From: Anthoceros angustus
Taxonomy: Eukaryota; Plantae; Anthocerotophyta
Reading direction: 5' to 3'
DNA length: 64,000 bases
Assembly: GCA_010909165.1 (NCBI GenBank)
Contig: MU008226.1
Coordinates: forward strand, 79,624-143,623
In this document: piece after piece, positions 50,301 through 62,205 of the stretch
Layout of the letters: each line of letters starts with the position of its first letter
Position numbering within the stretch: position 1 is the first letter of the stretch
Program-made: the position numbers and the translations under genes
The notes under the pieces: generated by a model
Database searches by the model: none
The model's input: the letters and a program-made list of their open reading frames with translations, nothing else
What the model was told of the DNA's origin: nothing

Positions 50301-53300
50301 CCAAACTTTGCCCACACCAGCGCCATGCAGATATTTGAAATTCTGACCTCATTTTATTGGTTGCTCAAGTCGATCCTTAAACGAGGCGTCGATACCCCCT
50401 CGTGAGATGGTTCATCAAGCAAACTAAGCCCAGGGAATCCAGTCCGTGTGAAGCATAGTGACAAGACACGCTAAGATCACCAAGATCCTAGCCGCTGACA
50501 AAATCTTGATGCCATCCGGTCATGCTTTAGATTGACAACCCGGATCTATCGATATCCAGGCATCCATCATCCGTATCGCCGCGCTATCACCACGACACCA
50601 ATTTCTTGAGCCCCAGAACCATCGTAAAAATACGGGCGTCTAATACCGCCAGCGTCATTTGCATGGTTCAAGCAAGGCGACAAGAAACCGCCGCCGATGG
50701 TCATCGCTTCCCAACAAGCAATCCATGAGTGATGGGTAGGAGCAGACAAAACTAGTAATCGCAACCGTCCGGGTCAGAAGCTTGTCCAAAAGGCCCTTGC
50801 CTTGCGGACTCCAATTTCCAGGATCCTGCAGACGAGTCAACCGGGCACATCCAACCGTCGCAACGCGTTATGCTAAACTAGGTCGACACCCCAAAGTACA
50901 GCTAGCAATCATCTAAAGACTATGCCCATCTGCAGTCGTCACACATGCATCCCTATCACCATTCTCATGCAATCTTGTGACCAGACATGATTCCAAGCAG
51001 ACGATACCATCCAGTCAATTCAACGCTTGTCCCGAGCGTTTCTCACCACCCACCGTCATTCCTTGCTTCCTGTGGTCAAACATCGACCTCGGCCTCACTC
51101 CAGAGAAATCTAGCACCCACGCGTAGTAACATGTACGCGCATCACACTCAATTTCCAGCAATCAGCGCAAGCGCCACGGTAGTAAAACCATCGTCGCTGC
51201 GACGCTGCGCCATTGTATGGCTCCATGCATTGGCAGCAGCCAGAACCCTCAAACATGGTCGCCGTTTCCGTAAGCAAACCATGATGATGCGGGGAGTAGC
51301 AAAACCATCAATCGCCTAACCCGTCCGATCAAAAGGCCCGTAGAGGCCTTGCTGCGGGTTCCGATTTTCTAGTGTGATCCTGCGACGATTTAACAGCACA
51401 TCCCACGTGGTAGCAGCTGTTACGCAAAACTAGGTTGGCCCACCGCAAGCATAAGCGATCATCCGTAGCATAATGTCCATCTTGTCGTCACCGTATGCTA
51501 TCCTATAAACCATTCATATGTAATCTTGTGCCCAAGAAATCGCTAAATCGACAATCGATACCACCTATTTTCTCATTCAACCTAAGAAAGCCCTTGAGTC
51601 AAGATCCCAACGGATGACAATTCCAGACATGCATCCAATACGAGGCATCCAGTAAAATGTAGCGCGAACAACACATTCTATAGCCACGCCCACCGCCGGA
51701 TCACGAAGTATCTTGTGTTGATCGAGACCAAGTATTTGGAAGCCGAAGACATAAACCCTAGCAACCATTGAGTCATCTATCCAACCGCTTCTAGATCATG
51801 CCGAGAAAACAAAACTTTGAAGTTTAGAAGACTAGACCATGGATGACCAAATCAAGGTCTAGCTTCTTGGATGAACAAAGATGGTGTTGGTCAACACCCC
51901 TCCCTTCCTTCTTGACCACCAAAAGGGATCATCGGCCCGCTTCGGATCCTTGGTGAGACGGGATCCATTGCACATCCACTAATTCTAAGGTTGCATAGTG
52001 AAGTAGAAGAGAGGAGAAAGGTTCAACCTTGGTAGCCATGGCTAGCTTGGGGAGGCAACGCGACAAAGAGACCAAGGTACTAAGTAAGGTGATCACGCAA
52101 ATAGAGGGGGAGCAATAGAGAGAATGACAATCATCAAAGGTAGAGGCTAAGCATAGGAGAGGAAGGGAGGAACCCCAACCAAAGTTTGGAGGAAGGGATT
52201 TCATTGGGTAGCAAATTCTATCCAACCTCACAAGTTATATAATCCTATTGGGCAGCCATTCCTACCAATGATAACCCACAAGGAATCAACCCATCTTTAA
52301 CAAACATACATAGGTCGATCCCTCATTTATAGCCTAGTAGTATATATTAAAAGTGAAACAAGGTCCGAGGTCATAAATGTACACATGGCCCATATGAGGT
52401 GTTAATATGCCCAAGTGGGTACTATGTCCTTCTACCAATAAAAGGTGATAGCCTTGGAAAAAGGCAAGCATATTCATATTCTATTCACTCCATAGTTATC
52501 AAGAGTCTAATGGTGCATTTTTATGGGTTAGACACTCTCTAAGGTCAAAAACAAAACATATGAAAGATACTTGTGCAAACATCACGCTTCCAAGTTTATT
52601 ATCCAAAAAGACAAATAAAACAGCATACATATTAGACTCTTGAATTAAAATTTATCTCAAAAATCAAGGAAAACAACCATATTAGTAAGAAAATAATAAA
52701 GGGTAAATAATAATAAAATCAATAAAAATTCCTTCACAAATTAGTATTACGTAAACATTGAAGGAATAGATTTACTGTTCATCGATGGGATGTTTGGGAT
52801 GGATAAACATCATTTAGAAGCACCAATCTATACACAAAGGGCAAATTCATGGATCTCATAGGAACATAACTCTCTCTTGGATAGATGGATAGATAGAGAT
52901 AGATATCCTAGACTACATCGCATAATTTCTGACATGGTCGAGGTCATTTCAAGCAAAGGTGATGTTTAGATAGATCCAAAGTCCAATCCATGGAAGGATT
53001 TTGTCAAATAGGTCTCTTATTCCATAAGCCTTGGCGTGAGATCCGTGATATTCCTCCACCTCATGGTGCCAAAATATCACATTTGTCGTGCACACTGATT
53101 GCCAGAAGGCATGCATCTGCAGCTATTCACCTGTCAGGTATAGTTGAGCATCTGACCAAATCAAGAAGTAAGCTATCTTTCAGATTATGACCTGCCTTGA
53201 TCCACCTACCCAAATCCAGCGTCACACCGTTATGCCGTCGTATATGCACCATATCACCTCATAGCACCATTTTTCTAGCAATCAACGAAAAAACCACCGT

Positions 53301-56300
53301 GGTAGTAAATCGGAACGCTCAGATTTGTGCCACTTGTATGGCACTATGGCTGGCAACATGAACCCTCAAGCGATGTTCATCATTCCCAGAACATCCTGCG
53401 ATGGCGGGGAGGTTCCTTTACCCATCCGATCGGAAAGCGCTTCTCGGCCCCTCCTTCGGCAGACACGAATAAGGGCCGCAGCATCCATTTGATGAGCTGC
53501 TTTTTTCGCCTCTCCGCCACAACTCATATACATCATTAGAAACATCAACGAGCGTCGCCCCGCATCTTAGTCTCCCACATCACATACTCATATGTATCAT
53601 TGCACTAAACAGAAAGGCACCCACTGCCCCTGCTTTCTCTCCAAGTCGCCAGTGAGTCTAAGATATCACACACTTCCTTGCAACAACAGTACTCCATTTT
53701 GTCATTTTCAGATCACCACATTACCATGAACCATCATGCATTCTCGAGCAAACGTCGGTCATCAATTAACCAGTGGTAGGGAAAACCGGGGCACCCCAGG
53801 TCCTCCCACTATAAGCGGCCACTTATCCCACCGCCCGTCAAACGTTGGGTTTCGTCCCATGAGACTCGTGTGAAATTCAAGGTCGTGACAACCGATCGCC
53901 ACCTCTGAGACACAACTCACCTTCTACACGAGCAAGGCGCCTACTCTCTCTTCGTGCACACTTGCACCTGTCCTCCTAAGACCCAACCTCGACCTACAAC
54001 GACACAACACAATTGCGAGGTCCTCCGGCCGAGGAGCCTACCAGGGCGCCAGGACCCCTGATCCACAGCGATTGTCCCTACTTAAGACCACTCTTCTCCA
54101 CTCGGGGAGCGCTCTTTTACTTGCGGGATTGGCCCCTTAGGGCTCCCTGTGGCCTTCCACTAACACCTACACCTCTAATCCTCTACTCATCTCCTCATCC
54201 TCCTCATCCTCTTCCTCCTAGTCTAACCTCGACTTGGGTTTCGACTTCGCCCTTACGGCACAATGCGCCTGGGTCGGCCTCCACCGCAAGTTCTTCCTTG
54301 GGCATTCTAACGTGGAGTTTGACACCATTCGAGCGCCACCAGGAGTCTTTCCCTGTGGCTCAATCTCCAAACAGGTGTCGGAGGCGGAGGAGAGAACTCT
54401 TGAGGAAGCTACATGTGCTAACATTTTCAAAGTTCCGTGAGGAAGAAGAGGTTGTTTAAGAGCGAGGAGGTTGTACCACAACAAGGAGGAAGGAGGAAGG
54501 TCGAGGAGTTCCGATCAAGGGTGAGGTCAGAATCGAGCATGGGTTAGTAATTTCAAGGTACATCTTCCGCTTCCTCGCAAGAGGAGGACTTTTAGGGATT
54601 GTCGAGCTCTTCTAGCTCGATTTTGTCGTCGTTAGAGGAAGGCAAGAGGGTGAGATTTGGCAAGGAGAAGTTGGGGTATGAAATCTAATGGCTGAGCTTT
54701 CACAAGGTCTTGTTCGAATTATTGCCCAGCTTGCTGCCCTTTCAACCTTGCTTGTTAGGAGGACTGAGGCGCTTGTGTGCCCAAGTCTGTGTATAGTACA
54801 TCCCTTGCCATTTGTTTACCCTGCCAAGACAGGTGGAATTGCTGGGGAGGTGTGCCCACAGTTTTGTGGACGCCCATGACCATGATAGGAGGAAATAGAG
54901 GTGGTGGAGTCACACCCACAGTACCAGCAGATGTGAGATTTGGGGAGAAGAAACGAGATCACATGTTGGTCCGTTGAGAACTCTGCGAAGGAAGAGGGGA
55001 GTCTTTGTATGATTATGTAGAGGGATTTATGGTTACTCAAGAGAGTACCACCACGTCCGGAAGGAGTGACCTTTTCCGATAAAAGTTTGGGAAGTTCGGG
55101 AGGAATGTGATGCTATAGAAGACGAGAGCTAGAGTGTAAGGTAGCAAGGATTTCTAAGTACCTAGGTGTAGAGGAGATGGTAGAGTTGAAGAAGTTGCGG
55201 GAGCAACATGTGAATGAAGGTCTTATTTCTCGATAAAATCGAAACGGAGGCCACAGATGACCGACGAGGAGTTGGTTGCCAAAGCCCAGTCGAAGGGGAG
55301 GACGTGAGCATGTTGTAGACAGGCCTAAGGATTGATCAGCAAGACTTGTTGCCGCAGAGAGGCCAAATGAGCAAGAAGGGAGTTGTGCAGGAAGGTTGCA
55401 GCAGGACAACTGGAAATCGAGAGGATAAGAGGCGCCAGCATGGGCGCGAGGAGGAGGCTGAATGCCTCAAGGGTGAGCAGTCAGGAGAAGTGGAGGCCAT
55501 CACGATGGCAAAGAAGAAGCAAAACGGACGAGCACCGAGCCAACAGGAAGGCGCCCCACTTGGCGAGGTCAAGCCAGCGCCATGAGGCCGCGAGGAGGAG
55601 AAGGCCCTAGGGAGGTGGACACGCCAGAGGGCGAAGGAGGAGATGCGCTTCATGAAAAGTTTGAGCGTAAACCGCAGAGGGGAGAGTTGGCGATCTGGGG
55701 GCAATCACTCAAAATTCGACCATGGAGGTGCAGCAAGGCGAGGAGGTCGCCATGGGAGCGCTGACCGACCTGGACATGAGGCTAGGCCAACAAGAAGGAG
55801 GAAATCGGAACTTGGTTGGAAGGGAGCTTGTTAACCGATCGCAAGCTAGAAAACTTGCAAGATTGGCAAAGCAGGAGGAAACGGTTTTGTGAATGAGGTT
55901 GAGCATGCGCCGTCAACGACGTCTGGGTCTGCTGGTAAGCGAGCAGGAGGCCACGATGGTGGCAAGGATGATGGAGAAATTGCGAAGAAATCGCAATTTG
56001 GAGGAAGGAGAAGTGGCACACAAAAATGAGGAGTGTGTGCGCTAGAGCCCAGGGAGCGAGGATGGCTCTATGGTGATGTGTATGAAGGAGGATTGTGGAG
56101 AAATCACACCTCAAGATATGCTTGCGTGGAATTGCAAGAAGGAGCGTCGACCAATTCACGGTCGATTGGAATTGCCGCCGTGAAACCGCAGAACGTAAGG
56201 AGATGCGCTAGAGCGCGATCTAGGGCTAGACATGAGTCTAGAAGGTCGGGAGATGGTGTACCGATGATGCATGTGTCCACGACTGCAGTACCTGGATGCC

Positions 56301-59300
56301 CGCAGATCGACGTGTGGAGAAGCTAGTTTTGTGAGCCGAGTTGAAGGCGGGGTTGTGGCCACGCACCAACATCCACCGTGAACAAGCTAGATGGAAACAA
56401 GCAAGGCGTGGCCTAGAGGTCAAGAGCAAGTCTTGATGCTGCTAGAAAGCCAAGGATCCGTGAAGGGAGTTTTGTGCAGGAGATGCAACCTAATGAATTG
56501 GGGATTCCGAGCGAGGAGAAAGGGTGAGCGTCAAGAGGGCTGCAAGTGGAGGCCACGGTTGGCAAAGGGAGAAGAGAAACGGAGAAATCGCGGAGGGACT
56601 CCCACACATGGCGTGTGGGAAGCGCGATGATGGAGCCTGAGTAGGCTCGAGGATGGTGTGCATGGAAAGGAGCGTGAAGAAACATCCAAGGGAGCGAAAA
56701 CCGCAGGAAAAGGAATTGGTTCATGGGCGGCCAAGGAAGCCACTTTTGTGGAGGTACGGCATGTCGAGAGTATTGTCGTAGGAGCGCGAGCTAGCTCGGG
56801 CCAGGAGCCTAAGGTTATCATGGCAGGACCACTGCTGCAAGAAGAGCAAGTTGACGACCGCAGCGTGGATACCGCAGCCTGGCCGATGCAAGGAGCAGGC
56901 ACGTCCACGGGTCATAATGTACATGGGGCTGCGGCCACAGCCCCTGTGTCCGTCGGTGGGCGAGGTAGCAGGAAGTGGCGAAAAGTGCATGGGAAGAGGA
57001 GGTTAGAACGTGAAGGACTCCCATGTCCACGTTATTGAATGGTGAGGTATGAAATTTCTTGGAGCACTAATCATGTCGGATAGTTTGTCTAGGGAAGGGC
57101 GTCTTTTCCCTAGAGCTGTGCCTTATTGTCTAAGAGATGGGGTCTTATACAAGCTTGGTTTGGATGAGAAGATCCGACGTTGTTTGAAGGAAGGAAGCTT
57201 CTCTTCTTAAAGAAGCTTTGCATGTAAGAGGTTGGAGGCCATTATTCGTGTAAATCACGGTGAAGAAGATCTTAGATGCATTGTGGGCTTACGTGGAAAT
57301 GGGAGAAAGTGACTACCAAGAAGACTCCATATTATTTAACTAGAATCATTGTCAGGACATTTGTGGACAACAGCTCTCCTTGGGGTTAGGAATAAGCTGG
57401 GTTTGTTTTTTCTCGAGTATGGAGTGTAAAATAAAGCGAGAAAAGGAGGAATAAGCACGGACCAGACTGATCATGCTTCGAGTGTACTCAGGACTCGGTA
57501 GGTAACGGGACCCTGCACCAGGACCCCGGACTTAACGGTATCGGATAAGTCCGGACCCCACTCCGGTCGAATGGGATAAGTGAAGGTAACTTAGAAGAAG
57601 TGAGTAGGACAGAGGCGGCGCCACGGACGGCCCCGAATGGAAGACGGCATGCAGCAGCCAGACCGAAAGTACTGCCGTGGTCACAGCAGTATTCACGCCC
57701 GCTGCATCGCGCGACAAACAGAAGGCCGCAGGCGGAAGCGCAGCAGAGGCCATGTGCCCCTTACGGACAAAGAAAGAGCACCTCCGCTGACTTGGCCACT
57801 TCCACGCGAGAGGCAAGGAGGTCATTCTTCCAAGCAACTTCGCAGATCGCATGCTCGCCGACACCCGGCCCTCGGCGTTGTCTTTGTGATCGCCCACACC
57901 TCCACGGCCGCCGACTTCGCGAGGGAAGCAACCGACGCCGCCCAAGGAACGGACAATTGGAGCCTCACACTCCAGAACAAGCAGGATGGGGAAGATGGGA
58001 AATGAAGGCGGCGGAGGTTTGGGAGCCATGGAGCTTGGTGGAGCGCAACATCGCCACCAAGCGCCATCCCGACTTCGGGCCGTGGGCCGGAGGAGGCGGG
58101 GGAGCTGGTCAAGGAATGGCACCGGACGCTTTTCCAGTCTCGACCTTCGGCTGCCGCCCCCTAGTCCGGAGTACGCCCAAGATGTTGGCGCGCCAACAAG
58201 GAGGTTCTCTAAGAGCCTCGAGAGGACCTAGAGGTGGACCGTGAGGTCCCGAGGGCGGTACAATCGCCCACGGAGGAAATTGGGGGCGAGTCCCAACCTC
58301 TCAAGGCCGGAGGAAGATAGGCGGCAAAGGCCGCCGCCGAAGCTGTGAACGCAACGAACAACCAACGGCCGTTGATGCCTGACTTGGCCGGACAGAGGTG
58401 AGGGCAAAGGCTGTGATCATTGTCCATCGAATACCAAGGTAGATCACCTTGGTGACAATCTGGTGTTCCCCGCATGCGCCGCAGAGGAAGGAGGGCGATC
58501 GGGAAGGATCATCTTCGCCAGATCAATGTGAAGCTCACAAGCCGAGGTGTGAGAAGCCTCCGCCGCTATCGCCGCTCTTAATTCATGTGGGCACGCGAAC
58601 CTCCCAAGGAGGGAGAGAAGAGGAACGACCGGGCCGCCGCCACCGGGAGGCGTAAGGGAGCGCAGGAGGTGGAGGCCGCCTGGCCCCGAGCAAGAGGCGG
58701 AGGAAGACGATCGAGGGAATCCTGCACTCCATACGTCTGGAGCGGACTCCCCACCGAGGGAAGTGTGGAGGACATCCTGCTTCCTCCTCCCGGTGCCCCA
58801 CCGAGCACCAACAGGAGGAGGCGGCCCAGATGGAGAGGGCGGCTCGGGCCCGAGACCAGCCACCACGACGGCATAACGAGCCCCGACGGACTGCCGGGAC
58901 CAAGAGGCGGAAGACGGTGCCACCCGCCAACGCAAAGACTCGGGACGGCTTGCCCGCCAACGGAGTGGCAAGCGAGGAGGCGGAGAAGGGCGAAAGGGAC
59001 GCCGCCCAAGGAGCGGGAGGCCATCGGGCAGCCCCACCCGAGCCGGCCTGCCTCCGACCGGGAGAGGCAAAGGGTCCTCAACCTCACCCACCCTCCGAGC
59101 CCTGTGGAGAAAGAGGGCTAAAGGAATTGGCGCCAAGAGGGCCAAAGAAGGTGAGGCCCTGACCAAGACTCGTGACCTAAGGGTCCTGATTAGGTCCGGA
59201 GAGCCCACCGACTCCCGGCTGGTATGGAGGTCCTGATCGAGAGATGCCCGCCCACGACGGACTCTTGGGGGCCTCACTGGCGCCTGTGGAAGAGACACGG

Positions 59301-62205
59301 CGGTCCTGCCACCGCCATGGACATGCCTGGGGACTCTACGACGGCCGAGAAGACCTGGAGGTGGAGGCAACAAGGAGGCGATGGTGCTCTCAGAGTGATG
59401 GAGGCGCCCAGAGGCAAAGAAGGCGAAGTCCCGGCCGCATCGAGGAAGGAAGCGGGAGGCGGAGCGCGAGGTCCGTCCATTCGACACTGAAGGTCCTCCA
59501 CCGTGAACAAATGAGGCAGCAGGAGGCCCAAGCACGGGCAAGATCTCCGCAAGGGGGAGGCGCAGTAGAGGCGAGAGGGCTGACCGGCCGAGGCCCGCCG
59601 CCCAACATCGTCGCCGAGGCTCACCAAGGCCACAGAAGCGGAAGCCGGCGAAGTCGATATCACTATCGACGTGATCGGAACCGTGGAGGGAGACTACTGC
59701 AGCTGTGCCAACTCAAGGCCGAACAGCGGCAGTGGAGTGGGCACGGCCGAGCCGTGAGGAGGAGCTGGAGGTCGACCCGGAAATAGGGGACCCTGTGGTG
59801 CAGCAGGAGGTAGAAGGGGGCGGTGAGCCGGAGGACAAGAAGGATACCTTGAGCCGCAACTCCAAGACGACGGAGCAGCAGGGGTTCTCAACGAGAATCC
59901 AAGACTTCGAAAGGAGATAGAGCGCCCATTGAAGACGGAGGAGGCGAAATACGGCCCAAGGAGTTTGACGCCGCGAGGCCGCAGCAGGAGGTGGAGGAAG
60001 CCGTGAGTTTGACGGGATACCGCCCGCCTGAGAAGGAAGGGCGACTCCGGAAAGGATAAACGGAGGGAAGAAAGCGCTGAGGAGAAGCGCCGTCCGCCTA
60101 CGGAAGTGAGGGGAGTCACCATGGCCGCAAAGAATCAAGTGAGCCGGAACGATGACGGGAGGAGGAGAACGCCGAGCAGCAAAGGCCGCAGGAGGTGTCG
60201 GGAGGCCTTTGGTGGCATCGAGGGAGTCCGCCGCAGCTGGTAAGCCCTGCAACGGAGACGGGGCCGGTCACAACATGCCCACCGCCGAGCACCTCAAGGA
60301 GGGAATACCGGGTGCCCGCCCATGTGGAGGAGGCAATTCAACAAGTCGATTCCGACTTTGCCTACTACCACGCAGAAGCCCTCAAGGCTCGGAGGTCTTG
60401 CGCCACTCAGGTGTGGAGCGGACTCCGTAAGGGCTCAAGGAGGAGCGAGGGAGGAAGGACCCGGGACAAGCACGGGACCCTAGGAGCGCCTGCTTGATGA
60501 CAACGAAGAAGGGCGAGGGAGAGCAGCGGGAGGAGCCGGACGGAGGAAGGGTCACTGCACCGGAGGTAAGCACTCTGCACCTCCGCACGGAAGGAAGGGA
60601 GGAGGGCCCGGGGAGGCCGTGGAAGGGTGCAACCGGGCACTGGAACCAAGGAGGGCTCTGGATGAGCCCGTGATCAAGCCCGTGAGGAGGCAAACCAGAG
60701 TTCGTGGTCCGGACTTTGTCCTGACTCCTAAGAAAGGTCAACTCGGGTCCCCTCAAGGAAGTCTGACTTAGAGGTCCAGATTTAGACAGGACACCCCGAG
60801 GTCCGGACTGGAAGGTTGGGCCTGTGAGACCGACCTGTGAGGCAAGTCCGAGGTCAACGAAGTCCGAGGTCCGAACCCCTAAAGAAGGCCGGACACGAGG
60901 ACCGACCTCAGAGGGAAGGCCGGACCTAGAGGTCCTGACCGAGTCGAGACGGGTCCCGAGGTCCAGACTGTGGAGGGGGAGAGCCACCATCACCGCCCCT
61001 GCAGATCCATCTCTTGAGGCTCACGCAGGGCCCGCCAGAGAGATAAGAGAGGAGGAGGAGGACTGGTGGCCGTTGTCGGGCCGCCCGTAAGCGCTTCGAC
61101 AAAACCCTCGGGGAGAGGTAGGGGTCCCGCCTCATGGATCATCAACTGGGTCTTGTGCAGTTGTCAAGGCTCGGCTTTGGGCAGCCGGTGCAAGACGGAA
61201 TCAAAATATCCGTGGTAGGTTTGCCTAGGTCAAGCGGGCTCGCTTCGGGTAGCCACATTTATCACGGTCTGAGCTGAATACGAGGTTCGATCCCCAAGAG
61301 ATTTGGTTCGGATTGTTTGCAGTCGCTCCTCACTCTCTCGCCTCATCATCCCCGCCCGGCCTACTTGTCCTCGTGGGCAACAACCGGGTGCAAAGGCTCG
61401 GGTGTTGCCCACGGCCCGCCTCCACGCCTTCCAGGATTCCTACTTCTTATCCACCCCAACACTCTCCTATGCCAACTACAACGATCAACTCACTCTACAA
61501 CGACACACCCATAACCAACTTCACCATTCTCAAAAGAAACATAGTTCATGATCACCGTGACACAAACTCACTTCTCGATCCCCAAATCTAACTCTAGTAA
61601 CGTCGCCAGCACGCCTCATGCGCACAACCGCTGGGGTGACGGCTAGCTGGTATTTCTCGGCCGATTGCTGGTACAAACACGGCGCGAGCGAGTAGCCAAC
61701 ACCTCGCAGGAGGCCAACCAACAGCAACACAAAGTACATCCAACAGCAATCTTTCACGAGAGGAGGAGCCTGCGTCGAGCGAACCCACCGCGAGGGGCCT
61801 CCGACCGAACCCCACCCTTCGCCTTCTCGTCGCTTGGCGGACGACGGTCAGCTGCGCACACATACACAAAGGGTTGCGCCGAAGAGACGAAGAGTGCATG
61901 GCAAAGCAAGGTCTGGTGTTTATTCATCCTTCCACCCTCCCTTTTATAGGTGGGGGAGTCGACTGGTCACTCGTGCTAGTTTAATGCTAGGACGACTTGC
62001 CAAGTCCAACAATAGGATCCTTGTCAGTCCCCTTGCATTTCATCCTCTCAGCTCGGTCCAGCTCACCTTGACCAGAATATCCTATCTGTCTATACTGCCG
62101 CCACTCTTAAATACTCACACTTCCCAAGGTGTGCACCACTTGGGACAAAACGTCCTATTGAAAAGGTCCTCACATCCTCACGTCACGCTTTTGTTCGCCC
62201 GGCTT
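47315..62205 (+). repeat. ~14.9-kb segmental direct duplication, copy 2 (contains copies of the left arm, module, gene-like unit, LTR remnant, ORF A, ORF B/copy E, GGACC tract and inverted LTR)
   Basis: Colinear with 8753-23280, with extra sequence at ~57293-57566 and ~53765-53830. Confidence 0.97.

Noticed and set aside
8753-62205. The two 14.5-kb repeats as giant LTRs of a single ~53-kb element
   Set aside because: The block contains internal LTR remnants and opposed ORFs. Its left end has no terminal CA or PBS, and the only PBS follows a separate 0.6-kb LTR.
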